Positions 1-12,824 of a stretch of DNA of 64,000 nucleotides are shown here, in pieces (position 1 is the first letter of the stretch; the number at the start of each line of letters is the position of its first letter). The DNA comes from the human T2T-CHM13v2.0 reference genome, Homo sapiens. The notes under the pieces are model-generated. The model searched no databases. It was not told where the DNA came from and was given only the letters and a program-made list of their open reading frames with translations. The DNA is taken from NCBI RefSeq assembly GCF_009914755.1, contig NC_060939.1; one strand, 5' to 3'. Both the position numbers and the translations under genes were made by a program.

Positions 1-94
1 TAATCTGTTCACCTCCCACTAGGCCCCTACTCCAACAAAGGGGGTTATCATTCAGCATGAGATTTGGACCGGGACATAAATCCAAACCATATCA
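1..94 (-). mobile_element. MST/THE1-family (ERVL-MaLR) LTR end, truncated by the window start
   Basis: Ends in ...CCAAACCATATCA, the reverse complement of the TGATATGGTTTGG LTR terminus; preceded by CATGAGATTTGG typical of MST/THE1. Confidence 0.8.
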
Positions 95-95
95 C

Positions 96-206
96 AACCA
101 ATTTTAGACTTGTGACCTCTAGGACAATGACAGAATACATTCATATTGTTCTAAGCCAAAACATTTGTGGTTATTTGTTATAGCAGCAATAGGAAATCAA
201 TATACC
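96..206 (+). mobile_element. MLT1 (ERVL-MaLR) LTR 3' end
   Basis: TGTTCTAAGCCA...TTTGTGGTTATTTGTTATAGCAGCAATAGGAAA resembles the MLT1 3' terminus. Confidence 0.75.
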
Positions 207-299
207 TCCCAACCTGAGACTGTGCCCCACCCATGCCCCAGCTCCTCTATTCCATCCTTCTGGGTTCTTCTTTTTGTATCCTTTGCTGCTATCAGACTG

Positions 300-480
300 T
301 TTCTAATTTCTTTGTGGATTTGTTTACTTGTGTATTTTCTGTCTCTCCTGACTAGAATGTGAGCTCCCCTAGGGCAGAGACCTCCTATGTTATGATTACC
401 TCTGAGTACTCTTGCCTTTGAACTAATGCCTGACACATAGCAAATGCTCACTGGTATAAATAAATGGTTGAATGAAGAAA
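300..480 (+). mobile_element. L2 LINE 3' end fragment
   Basis: ACTAGAATGTGAGCTCC...GGGCAG...TGCCTGACACATAG...GTTGAATGAA resembles the L2 3' tail. Confidence 0.7.
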
Positions 481-783
481 GGCATGACAGACAAGTAGCT
501 CTTTGAAACATTCACTTATAGCCAATTGGATATCATCTGAAAACTTTTAGGGAAAAAGTACACCCCAAATATTAATAGATGAAACGGACAACATTGACAG
601 ATACAGATATTGGACAATACTTGCTATTTACGAGGTACCATGATGATGCTGTGGAGATACAAATAACTTGATGATCCTCCTACAGTCTCCACTGAGAGAC
701 AAGCATGGGCACATCATAAAACATGGCCAAAGTATGGTTTTAATTGTTGGGGCCAAACGAGTGGTGGGGCTTTAGGTATGAGC

Positions 784-935
784 AGTGATGTGCTGATAAA
801 CCAGCCTGCAAAACAACAGCGAAGATAAGGGTCTGATTTGCAATGTTTGCCAATTTCTGTGGTGTAAATATTCCTACAGTGATTGATTTCAAGCTACCAT
901 TGCGATGTCTCTGAATGTGGAGCTGGGAAGAAACA
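784..935 (-). mobile_element. MER63 (hAT-Blackjack) DNA transposon fragment
   Basis: CAGTGATGTGCTG terminus plus CTGATTTG...GTTTGCCAATTTCTGTGGTGTAAATA...GATTTCAAGCTACCA, matching the reverse complement of the MER63 core. Confidence 0.65.
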
Positions 936-1559
936 TGTACACAAGGATGGTTTTGTTGAGGAGGTGGGATTTCAGTTGGGCCCATCAGGGTTGGTGGGAT
1001 GTGGATGGCCTGAGAATAGAGGAGGAGGCATCTTGCACACAAAGGGAAGAATCTCTTCAGGGCTAGTGAGGTGCGTCTCAAAGGCCCCTGTGGCTCCAGT
1101 GGGTTTCCTGTCATTGAGAGAAACAGAAATGAGCAACTAATGAGACGTCATCATGAAGAGGACTCCCTGGAAAGATGCAGGAGCAGGGAAGACATAGATA
1201 ATTTTCCAGCCCTGTGGTCATTTTAACAAGCATGGCGGTATAGCTAACGCACAGGCTGCCAAATCCCAGGGAGGAGAATCAACAGTCCGTGTTCATGGAG
1301 CTGGTCCCAAGAAATCCAGACCTGAATCCAGGCTGATGCCCTCACTCATTCTGCCTCTCACATGTTTAGGGTCGAAATAACATGCAGCTCCTCCAGCCCA
1401 AAGATGAGCCAGCAAGGGAACTTAGAACAACCCTCTTTGGAACAGTTCTCAAAGTATACCTCCCTGAAATTCCCCTCCTCATCCATGACTCAACCCCTCT
1501 AATTTGCAGGCATGGGAGGTTTGATTCTGAGGATATTAAGGTAGTGTTTAAGATGCTGG

Positions 1560-1770
1560 TGTGATGTTTAAGCGGGGGGTCAGATGGTACCCGATTCAAA
1601 TCCTGACTCCACATGACTCCTGGGGAGGTTACTTGACCTCTCTAGACTTTGGGTTCCTCATCTCTAAAATGGGGATAATAATGATATCCTCCTGAGAGGG
1701 TTTGGAGCAGATTATATGATGCCTAAGAGACACCCTCTCCTGTGCCTGGTGCATGGTAAGTGCCCAATTC
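1560..1770 (+). mobile_element. MIR SINE
   Basis: TTCAAATCCTGACTC...TTCCTCATCTCTAAAATGGGGATAATA...GTGCCTGG MIR core. Confidence 0.75.
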
Positions 1771-2873
1771 ATGTGCACATTGATGGTGATGATCATGTTT
1801 TCCCCCTCTTAAGGCCTTGCCAGACAGAGCAGAGCTGGTTTCCAGCAAGCCCCTTTCCCATCCATAGTCACCTGCCCATCAACTTGCTCTGAGCAGGGAG
1901 CCCTGTAGACAACTGGTGCAGCATCCTCCCAGCCCACGTCTTCCCTGCTGATCACTTTAAGAGCATGCATTCTTCTGTGTTCAGGGTGAGATGTTTTCCT
2001 TGCTTTGGGAATGTTTCAATGAAAGACAAGGATAAGGCCATTACGTGAACACAGGGACAACAACGAAAACAAGACTGCTTTCTGAAAAGCACCAAAAAGC
2101 CTTATTTTGCCTGAATGGCCATTATTTTCATTCTTTTTCCCTCACACAAAGCACCGGAGCACATTTCATTCAGTCTGTTGCTGAGTGAGTGGGTGTGAAG
2201 ATGCAGTACAAACAAAAGTGGTAACATATTGCTGTTGTCAGGACTCTTGTTAAGCGCTTTGCGAGGTGGACCAAGCTTCCCTGCTAGCACCACCGCTTGA
2301 GTCATCAGGAGCAACGATGTACATATACACACATAAATAGAAAAACCCTCCATAATCCTTGACATGGCTACACGGCAATTTATGAGCAGGAGCTGGATTT
2401 CAAAAGTCTGCAGAACATAAAAGCACAATTTTCTTCTAAGATGACAGCACCTTGTCAGCCGCTTCCACAATCTTATGTGTGGATCCTGCCACCTTGGAGA
2501 TGCAGTTCCTTCTGTGCAAGAAGGCAAAACTGCTCCATTCCTCTGACACATTAGGGCCCCTGGGTGTGAGCGTGAAAGGCCTCAACGGGGTTGCATGTGT
2601 TGGCAGCCAGGTGCCTGGAGAGTGGGGAGGACATGTGAGGTCCCAGGGTGCTGGGGTGTTCTAGGTCCCAGGCTATCCAAATCATACCACTCAAAGTAGG
2701 AGAAAACCTGCTACCTCCTACTCTGAGTTTGCTGAAAATAAAAAGCAATTTTGAATAGGGGAAGGAGGTAAACCTTGGCACTTGCTTCCTTTTGCCATGT
2801 AAATCTTGGCATTTACCATAAACTGTCCTTTCTTAAAGACAATTCTGTGGCTTTGGTTTATGGCAATATTATA

Positions 2874-2946
2874 TGTGTGTGTGTGTGTGTGTGTGAGAGA
2901 GTGTGTGTGTGTATGAGTGAGTGGGTGGGTGAGAGAGAGAGAGAGA
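2874..2946. repeat. Compound (TG)n/(GA)n microsatellite
   Basis: Directly visible. Confidence 0.95.
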
Positions 2947-3519
2947 TTTTTTTTTTTTCCCCACAATAGTTTTCTTCCTCCAGCTTTTGTCAAAAAGCTT
3001 ACTCTACCAATGACGTAAGTTCTGAGAACTTTTCTTCCGGATCACTGGATGGTTCTGAGGAAGTAGGAAGTGTGTGCTGATAATGTCTCAGCTCCCTGAA
3101 GGGCAGGATTCCCCGGCCATGTTCCCCATCAAGTCTCCAAGGTATCCATGTGTGCCCACATTGTAAAGTATTTACTGAGCGAGCTGGGGAACAAGCAACA
3201 CTATTGTGACTTTTTCCAATTTCACAATCCCTGACAGGCCCTGTCAGAGGGATCCCTGCCCCGATGGCACACCAGCGCTTGAACCTCAGTGCAGGGCCTG
3301 TCCCTATGTGATTCAGCCAGAAGAGCATCATGTTTAAGGACACCATCATGGGTGTTCTTATTGAATACCAACGATGTGTCTGGCGTGGTCGGGTGGGTGA
3401 CACAAGGGTAAGGTAGTCCATGTTTGGAGGCTTATAGGAGCTAACATCATACATGCTTTGAGCCTCTTCCCACCTTTCCCCAACCCATGTCCAGGGGTTG
3501 GCATCCTGCCTTGGTATGG

Positions 3520-3700
3520 GCCAGCTGCACAGCTGTGCGTGATGCTTGGCAAGTTTGTAATGTTCACAGTGCCTATAAGCTCCAGTCCCGTGTCTATAAA
3601 GTGAGGATAACAACTCCTAAGTTGCAGGTTTGTTGTAAGGATTAAATGAAACTATATACATAAAATACCTACCATAGGTCCTGGCACACCGTAGGTGCTT
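3520..3700 (+). mobile_element. MIR SINE
   Basis: GCTGTGCGTGATGCTTGGCAAGT...GTTGTAAGGATTAAATGA...CCTGGCACA. Confidence 0.65.
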
Positions 3701-4934
3701 ATGAAATTTTCATAGTCAGCTTCGCTTTGACAAGTAGTGAAAAAAAGCTATCTGAGGAAACAAGATGAACATACAGAAAGCAACCTGGGAATATTTTATA
3801 GTTAGCAAATAATAAAGAACTAAGTAGAATAAATAATGAGACCTTTAGAATAGGCTCAAGCTGTCTGCAGCCTGGAAGGGAAATGAAGGATGTGGGGTGA
3901 GTCTGCAGCAAACAGTATCATCAAGGACAAGGACTGGAGATGGAGCTTGAAGAGATGGCCTAAATGGCTGTGGTTCCTCTCGGATGACAAGATTTCTGGT
4001 GCAATAAATAATGTCATTTGAAAAAAAAAAATTCAAGTGCCTGATTCATCTCATGGGATCATGGGAGTAAAATGAATATGAGAAGGAAACATGGGCTGGT
4101 CCAGGTGGGACAAAGGCCCTCTTCTGCTGACAGCATCTCCCCCTGAAAGATTGCCGGTAATATCCTTTGTGTCTGTCGCTGTGGCAATTAGTAATGACCC
4201 CCAGCTTGGCATTGAGAGCATTCCTTTATAACGAGAGCCAGCCAGACACAATCTCTCTGCTCAGAGTTCAGGGCGGAGGGGGAGAACCAGGCAGATCCAC
4301 ACGGTACACGCTTCCAATTAAAAATACAAACAGAGGCAAAGCAAAATGAATGTCACAGAAAAGAAAGTGCTGCCACCCACTCTTGGCCTAAAGGTCACTG
4401 TGCCACAGCCTTGGCCATTATCTGCAGCCGCAAAGGTCAGGGGGGCTGTCTGCATTGCTGGGGAGTATGTAGGCTTTCATAAGGTCTCAAAATGACTGTT
4501 GCTCTGACACCAAAATTAGTGATAAGCTCTCAGCAGAAGACGATAATAGAGAAATGGAGTGACTGTAACCTTTTCCGCCATCTCTCTTGTCGGTTCCATG
4601 AAGCAGAGTCACAAGGCATAAAACGAGAAGTTTCCACATTCTACAAAAGACTACAAGATTGCTGACTTAATTGGGTGCGTAACAAATGGCTATACCACTG
4701 CCAACAAGAAGACATCAAAAAGGAAGGAGAAAATAGCGATTAAAACATCTCATGACAACCCTTTGAATTTGGAAACTGGCTCCAGATATACCTGGACAGG
4801 CCTTGATACAAGTGCAGGGAGCTAGCCATGTGGTTCCATTAATATTCCAATCATTGTGGCCCAGCAAGGGCAACCATGCCACTAACTAATTTGTTGAATT
4901 TCAGGAGAATTTAAATATAGGAAGAACTGGAAGA

Positions 4935-5135
4935 ACACTGGACTTGGAGTCAGATAGACCTGCATTCAAATCTCAATTGTTGTCCCTATTTGATGGACAA
5001 TATTATAAAATCTTTTACCATCCTTGTACTGTAATTCTGCAACGTTTTCATCTGGAAATTTAATGACTTTAATACCTACTGCACAAGGTCCCAGTAAAGA
5101 TTAAATGTGAGGAAAAACACCGGAAAAGTTCTTAG
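4935..5135 (+). mobile_element. MIR SINE (degenerate)
   Basis: TGGAGTCAGATAGACCTGCATTCAAATC...GATTAAATG. Confidence 0.55.
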
Positions 5136-5151
5136 TAAATGATCAGGTACA

Positions 5152-5459
<308 letters not shown>

Positions 5460-6780
5460 TCAGGTACAATACAAATACAAACATAGTTCGAATTCAAATA
5501 CAAAAATAACTTGAATCATTATTATTATTAGCTAGTAATATCATCCATTATCCCTGAGAAAATCTCTACTCCTATCCACTCTGAGGTAACGTTGTTTTTC
5601 TGTATTTAGGCCATCCAGGGAGAAAAATTTTTGCTGTTGATGATAAACAGAATCTGCAAAATGCTACATGCAGAACTATTTCGTTGGGTTGATATATAAA
5701 ACACTAAAGGAAATAAACCAAGGCACACAGCACACACATGAACATATGGCTGAATATGGCCTTTAGTAGGTATCAGAAACAAAATTAGCAACTTGTAGCA
5801 CTTCAGCTAAGCTTCCTAGCAACAGAAATACATAAATAACAAATACTTATGATGATTATCCCTAAAAGTCACTGGAATATTAGCATGTGATATTGGTCCC
5901 TCCAAGTGTTCTCTAGCTCAAGGCAATTGGCATTTTTCAATTACTTAGGTAATAAAGTATTTGATGTTTAAACCTGCCAAACATCGAGGACGAGGCATGA
6001 ATGATACTTTGGCAGTTTAAAGTATTGGCCTCCTTCCTTTCCAGAAGGAAATCAATCATTGAATCACCACTACTCCAAACTCAGAATCGCCCAACATAGC
6101 AATGTGGGTTTTCCTTCTAAAGTTCTGTGCCTGTCCCTGTTAAACAGGTCTGGAGAAGATGCTGGTAGTCATTTTGAGCATCGCACAGTAACTGAAAGGA
6201 GCTGACAGGCTCAGAGGCTGGGCAGAGCTTACGATTGTGCTTGTCTGTGTGGCTGACCACATGGGGGATGCTCTCGGCACTGTTTGCTTTATTAGCCCGC
6301 ATATAACTTCTTGGGAGACACAGCCAATTTGGTAAGATGTGGGAGAAATCTGTACTTTAAAGTTTCCTGGAACACTGGGTATCAAAGGAATGAGACGTCT
6401 CCTGGCCTTTCATGTTGCAAACTAGATGGAGAGACACAGCTTAGCAGAACAGCTAAAGCTTAGGATCAACTTTTACAGTAACATGGAAACCACATGACAG
6501 ATTGTATAGGCGCCTGCATAACTTCTGACTCACTCCCCAGGTGCTTCTGTTCTCTATAGCTACACAGAGCCATGTTGAGGAGACAAGACCAGAGCAGTAT
6601 TATTCCACTTGGTGAAACTGGTCATATTTAGTCATACACTTATGAGGGAGGACAACAGCAGAATTAGAGGCAGTGTCTGAGTTTACTCTGCCTTTGTGCA
6701 GGTAAAATGTGACTCAGATACCAGAAGGTGAATGTGTGGACCCTTACACTTTATTATTTATTCTCTTGCAGTGTTTGCTT

Positions 6781-7083
6781 TTATTTATTTATTTATTTAT
6801 TTAATGAAACTAAGTCTCGCTCTGTCGCCCAGGCTGGATTTTGCGGTGGTGCAATCTCAGCTCACTGCAGCCTCCGCCTCCCGGATTTAAGCGATTCTCC
6901 TGCCTCAGCCTCCTGAGTAGCTGCACAGGCGCCCGCCACCACTCCCGGCTAATTTTTGTATTTTCAGTAGAGACGGGGTTTCACCACGTTAGCCAGGCTG
7001 GTCTCGAACTCCTGACAACGTGATCCATCCACCTCGGCCTCCCAAAGTGCTGGGATTACAGGTGTGAGCCATCGCACCCAGCC
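6781..7083 (-). mobile_element. Full-length Alu, AluS
   Basis: Reverse Alu with (TTTA)n tail; TSD TGTTTGCTT at 6772-6780 and 7085-7093. Confidence 0.95.
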
Positions 7084-8214
7084 CTGTTTGCTTATTTTTT
7101 TAAAAAGCATTTATGCATTAAATTGAACTAATATTAAATACAGTGTAGATTTCTGGGCTAACCTCATATATACTGAATCAGGAATTGTGATGAAAGGCCT
7201 GGGAATCTAAACTTTCAGCAACCTCAAGGGATCCTTAAACCCACTCATGTTAAATATGGTGGCCCTGCTGATCCATCCTCAACAACCACATCCCTGAACA
7301 GATCTGAAGATCATCCCTACCAACTGGGGAAACTGATGAAGTGGAAAAGGAAAAGTTAAAAGACAATGAAAAGAGCTCAGGTAAAACTATCTTCTTGGCA
7401 TATTTGAGGCCACTATTAAGTGGCATAGAACGTTTTGCTTCTGAAGGTGGAAACCATTCAGATGCCTTCCACAACTCAATATTTTCTTTTCCTCTCAACC
7501 CTCCCCCAAGTAATAACACTGAATAGAGTTCACCTTTCCAGGTCTCTTCCTGTCCAACCACTCACCTGTTAAGATTTAAAGCATGGTAGCAGATCTCCTG
7601 AATAGAATCTCTTGGGGTGAAGAGGTGAGATCCATCACGATTTTAAAGAATCACTGACCTTTTTTTTTTTTTCTTAGAACTAGAAGAGTCCTTAGATATT
7701 ATCAAAATATTTACAAGACAAAGATAAGTCATCGATGCAAATGAATTAATACTTTTACAACTTGAAAAAAAATGTATAACATTTTACATCATGCTTGAAT
7801 CAAGGGGGAAGAAAGAGTATGCTGTAGAGTGTGAATTCAGGTGACTCCTGGCAACTGCATGTTTAATTCAAATAGAGCAAGAGAGAAAGTGCTGCCTCTT
7901 TTCTGGACAGGGAACGCTGCCTGAATGAGAAGAGTTTTAGCTGACATTTCAGAGGTGGAACCTGGACTGTCAGAAGCATGTGTTGGTAAGGACAGAGAGG
8001 GAGAAGGGGTGCTATTCTGGGGACAAATTAGTTTAGGAGAAGGCTCAGAAGAGAGATTCACCAATTGGGTAAACCTTGAGTCTATCAAAAGAGGAAGGAT
8101 GAGGAATAATGGGAGAATGTCAGAAAGACAAAGGAAACTCTTGTTCCTAATCTGTGCGTAGAACACTGGAAGGATGAGCACAGAGGAAGCCATCGTTGCT
8201 TCATTCATTCCTCC

Positions 8215-8500
8215 ACTCTTCATTCAATAAACGTCTAGTGGGAGAGCATCCAGGGATGAATGATACTTAGTTGGCACCTATAAGGACCTTGCAGGCTCGT
8301 GGGCCAGCCAGAAAAATAATGAGAGACATTTTCATTATGGTGGGACAAGGGCTATGATGAATAGTTGAGGGGCACATGGGTGAAGTATAAATGCAGACAG
8401 AACATGTTAGGGAAAGCTTTCCAGATAACATGGCACTTCCCAGGGCTTGAAGAGAAACAATGAACAGAGATCTGAACCCCAGGGGGAGCTACCCGGCAAG
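8215..8500 (-). mobile_element. L2 fragment (degenerate)
   Basis: CATTCAATAAAC start and GGAAAGCTTTCCAGA...GGCTTGAAG segment resembling reverse L2. Confidence 0.45.
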
Positions 8501-8999
8501 TCAAGTTCCCACGAAGAAGCCCGAGACTGAAATGATCTTTGCTCATGCACCCCAAATGGAAGTAAATGTATCAGATGTTGAGTCTTTGCCCTCTCCACCT
8601 TGAACACCCCATCCACACAACACAACATGCCAGGCTTTGGAATGAAACCAGCAGTGTACACTCAGCCAAAGTGACTGATGTTGCTTTCCGGGTATTTGTA
8701 GCTGAAGGTATGCCTACTCCTTTCCCATACAAACAGAGGAACTCAGCTGGCATCAAGACTCAGCCTCAAAGCATCCAGCCAAGCAGAAGGCCTACCTGGC
8801 TGCCGCACACGCCCTGCAAAATGGCACACAGGTGCTATCATCCAGCTAGCAGCTTCAGCCGTGTAACCAACTCCAGAGTGTTGACAGCTGCAGTAAAACT
8901 CACTTGGAGTTCAACATAATTAAGCAAAATGATTAGTACCGAAGAGAAGCTGGCAACAAAGAACTTTGGTTTCTGAGGCAAAATTATAGGATCCCAGGA

Positions 9000-9280
9000 T
9001 ATTAGAGCTGGAAGGAGGTCTTACAGATCACAGCCAGCCACCTCCATTTCACAGATGAGAAAGTCAGGCCAAGAGAGGTGAACTGAAGGGCTGAGGATGA
9101 CAGAAGAAGCTACACAGTATCAGGGTAAGAGTGAGGACTCTGAGATCGGTCACACTGGGGTTTGCAACCCAAGTTTGGAACTCACTGACTTCAGGACAGC
9201 ACCTTGGTCTCTCTAAGCCTCAGTTTCCTTTCTGAAGTTTGTGTTGCTATGAGGATTAATTGAAGGTTATTGCAGGGCCT
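9000..9280. mobile_element. Two adjacent MIR-family fragments in opposite orientation
   Basis: CATTTCACAGATGAGAAAG...AGAGAGGTGAA (minus), then CTCTCTAAGCCTCAGTTTCC...GAGGATTAA (plus). Confidence 0.6.
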
Positions 9281-9859
9281 GTTGCCCATGGCCAGTATAT
9301 AACGTTACTATGGAGAGTCAGAACACGGGGTCCATGGCCTTGCTTCACCATGTATGAGCTGTGTTTCCCTGGGTCTCAGTTCTTGTACTTATGAAATGGA
9401 AATAAAGATGCTAGTACCTGCCCTAATTATTTGCCAGGATAGGTGGAAGGCTTGTGGGTGAGAGCTGTGTACACTTCTAAGCAAGTTTTTGTTATTACTA
9501 TTCCCATTATGGCAAAAACACGTTCTGGGTCTTTCTACTGGTAAGTGGCAGGGCCAAGACAGGACACATGCAGTGAAGAAAAAAGACCAGGGACATTTTC
9601 TCCCAGGCAACTGATGGACTGCAATGTTTGGACTCACCCAGTATGGTTCAGAAGGTCTGATGGGTCAGTGATGAGCTCAGGCGGGAGAAGAAATCTGCAG
9701 TGTATTCAATGCCAAAGGGTCTCATTTCTGGGTGGGAGGGACAGCGGGGATGGGGTGAAGCAGGGGTGGGCAGCAGGAAGGAGAGGAAAGAACCTGGGGA
9801 AATCAAACCACCTGCCTGGGTTTCACTCTGAGTTTTCAGATTCATTAAAAAGAAAGAAA

Positions 9860-9861
<2 letters not shown>

Positions 9862-9896
<35 letters not shown>
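9862..9896. repeat. (AC)17 microsatellite
   Basis: Directly visible. Confidence 0.95.
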
Positions 9897-9900
<4 letters not shown>

Positions 9901-10552
9901 CACAAAGCAAAACCTCAGTTTGGTCAATCCACAAAAAATGAAAGACAGGGCTGCAAAAAGTGCTGAGAATGGGATTGCTCGACTTTTCACAGCTTCAGCT
10001 GGCTTACAATACCCTCAGCTTGGTGCTTCTCCCGAATCCACATCTCAAACGCTCTAATTAGATTGTGCAGCCGAAAGAAGGCCCGGTGCCCTTGGAAATA
10101 AGTGATTGCTTACTTGCCACAGGAATGTTCTGTGCTTTCATAGGCTTCATCTTTTTTTTTTTTTTTCCTGGGGGCTTGGGAATGAATTGGGCAATTTCTT
10201 AGGTGTCTGCTCCACAGAAAGACGTTGAGCTTACATTTGGTTTCTCTTTTTACCTAGGTTCTTGCCTCTGCCTGAAATACTCTTGGTCTGGCTTCCTTAC
10301 TTGCTCACCTGCTCACCTCTAAGACCCAGTTCAGGGCTCCCACAGGATCCATCCACCTAAATCCTTACCAGGGGTGCCTGTGGAATGGTTACTGTTTACC
10401 TGTCTTCCCACCAAGAGATGATCCCCTAAGGACAATGGCTTTGTCGTCTTCATCTGTTCACCTTTGTGTTCCCTATATTTGGCATGGCGCTTTGCACCTG
10501 GGGCCTTGCAACTCAAAGTGTGGCTTATGGCTTAGCAGCATCAGCCTCACCT

Positions 10553-10584
10553 GGGACCTTGGGACCTTGGGACCTTGGGACCTT
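10553..10584. repeat. (GGGACCTT)4 perfect 8-bp tandem repeat
   Basis: Four exact copies read directly. Confidence 0.95.
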
Positions 10585-10645
10585 GTGAGAAGTACAGAGA
10601 TCTCGAGCTCCACCCCAGACTTACTGAATCTGAATTTTCTTTGCC

Positions 10646-10876
10646 TTTTTTTTTTTTTTTTTTGAGACAGGGTCTTGCTCTGTCATCCAGGCTGGAGTGC
10701 AGTGGCACAATCATAGCTCATTGCAGTCTCTTCGTGGGACTGCCCAAGAGATTGTCCCATCTCAGCCTGGTGAGACTATAGCAACACGACACCCGGGTTT
10801 TTTTTCTTTCTTTCTTTCTTTCTTTTTTTTTTTTTTTTTTTTTAGAGATGGGGGTCTCACTTTCTTGTCTAGGCTG
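10646..10876 (-). mobile_element. 5'-truncated AluJ-like element
   Basis: T-tail, GAGACAGGGTCTTGCTCTGTC...CACAATCATAGCTCA, expanded T-rich linker, short remnant of the left arm. Confidence 0.85.
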
Positions 10877-12689
10877 TAAATTTTCAGTTTAACAAGTTTC
10901 TTATGTGATTTGTGGCCACACTGAAGACTCACCAGAACAGGGTGGGGTGGGGAATACTTAATCAATATTTGTGGAATTTACCCGATGAAATCCAGTTATT
11001 CCTGCTGAATTTCTCTCTCCTCCAGGAGGACATAGCAAACGAGCTGAGGAAGGTGAATGCTGCAACCCTCTCTCCTCAGCCCTGCAGCCGATCCCTGACA
11101 TAAACTCCTTGAAGTTCAGTGGCCTCTTTCCATGCACCTACCACCTACACCTGCTGCTTTCAAAGAAACCACAACCTGGACCGGGAACAGAACTGGACGT
11201 GCCAAAATGCCTGAGGACACTTCATCGAATGTGGCTGGCTTGATGGGAAGCTGGCATGACTAGAAATGTCAGGAGTCTTCCCTCTCGAGGTTTCAAGCTT
11301 TGTGTTTCTGACTCAATGGTCCGGATTGAGATCAGATGAGTCAAGTTCAGATGACCATGCAAACCTTTAGATGGGGCCTAAAACCAAATCTGTGTTCTCA
11401 AACCATTCCAAATGTGTTCATCACCAGTTATAGTTTACCATACCACCCAATCCAAGAGAGTGCAGTCATTTCTCTAATAGCAGATGCATAATTTTCTCAT
11501 CAATGGAAAATCTAAGTGTACATCACAAGGTCAAAAGTTGCGAGAAACTTGACACCTTCGAGATTGTGCCAAACCTCAAGCTTGCAGTAATAAGGGCTCT
11601 CAGTCAAACCTTCTGAGAATGAAGTGTATTTGACCCAACGTTTAGCATAAGCAAGCACGTACTATGCTGTCCCTTTACGATGGCTGAATTCTTGGCTAGA
11701 CTATGAAGGAACACAACAGCCTAAGCAAAGCCTATATAAAACATCAACCCACGGTCATGGCCCAATGAGATATAGAGATATTGTTGAAATCCAAGAAAGT
11801 GAAACAAAAATCCTGAGCCTTATTCGCTAAATTCCCTTAATTGTGACACACTAAACAAGTAACAGTCATTAGTTCTAGTATCATGTAAGTACAACATTCT
11901 AAAATGGCTACTACAGATATCAAAAGCATTAATTCAATGTACACTTACTGGGCACCCACTGTGTGCTAGGGGAAGTGTGCTAGGGTAATGGAGATTCACC
12001 ATGGAACTTCCTTTTATTTTCCCTCACTGCCTTTCTCTTTTCAAATATTTAATGACCATCCACTGCGTCCCAGAAGTTGCCAGGCCTGGGGCAGGAGATT
12101 CTCTCTCCTTAAGGCCCCTGTGTCCCAGCTGGGAGTGACAGATACATCAACCAATAAATAACATGGTGGGAAAAGTCCATTAATAATGATGTGCACACAG
12201 TCCTTAGGGGTATCCTTGACCATCATGCTCCAGCTTAGATCTCTGAAAACGACCTTTTGGCTGTTACTGAGGATGTCAGCAATAAAACTGGATCCTAAAG
12301 AAACCATTCATGATGATATATCCTTATTGGAATTGACAATGCATGAGGAAATCACACATGTAGGTCCCAACTGATAAAGCATTATCCATCCATTAAGTTA
12401 GACAGGAGAGGTGGCTTAATGTCAATAACATATCTCAGAAAAAAAATGTGCTTATCTCTTGATTTTTGTAGATCAAATCCCACTAGAGGAATTGGGTATG
12501 TTTGTAGACCCAACCACTTACATTGATAAGGCAGTTTTCAAAGTGCTTTTATAAGTATTTGCTCATTGGGTCCTCAGAGTAACCCTGGAGGTAGCTGGTG
12601 GCTCACCAGTGTGGCATGGTTGTGATGAGGACTACTGTACCATGCTCTTCGTCAAGCAAAAGGCAGACAGTCACTCTCCACCTTTTTAT

Positions 12690-12824
12690 AGATAGATTGA
12701 CTGATTGATTGAGATGAGTCTCACTATGTTGCCCAGGCTGGTCTTCAACTCCTGGGCTCAAGTGATCTCTCTGCCTTAGCCTCACGAGTACCTGAGACTA
12801 CAGGTGCGAGCCACCATGCCTGGC
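12690..12824 (-). mobile_element. FLAM_C-like Alu monomer
   Basis: GTCTCACTATGTTGCCCAGGCTGGTC...CTCCTGGGCTCAAGTGATC...CCACCATGCCTGGC single arm. Confidence 0.85.

Larger units (their letters stand above)
10505..10935. mobile_element. MER5A-type hAT-Charlie element interrupted by an Alu
   Basis: CTCAAAGTGTGG...AGCAGCATCAGCCTCACCTGGGA...CCACCCCAGACTTACTGAATC, resuming after the Alu with TTTAACAAG...GTGATT. Confidence 0.7.

Noticed and set aside
2102-2551. 149-aa ATG ORF (minus strand)
   Set aside because: No recognisable homology or exon context; length is within chance for six frames of 64 kb
2999-3613. Longest ORF (204 aa, minus strand)
   Set aside because: TTG start inside a MIR, no recognisable domain, composition like translated non-coding DNA
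7837-8223. 128-aa ATG ORF with a hydrophobic N-terminus and Ser/Pro-rich middle
   Set aside because: Composition follows from the purine-rich plus strand; start lies in an L2 tail; would need Ribo-seq or PhyloCSF support
9545-10057. 170-aa ORF with an HT repeat
   Set aside because: GTG start; the HT run is the (AC)17 microsatellite
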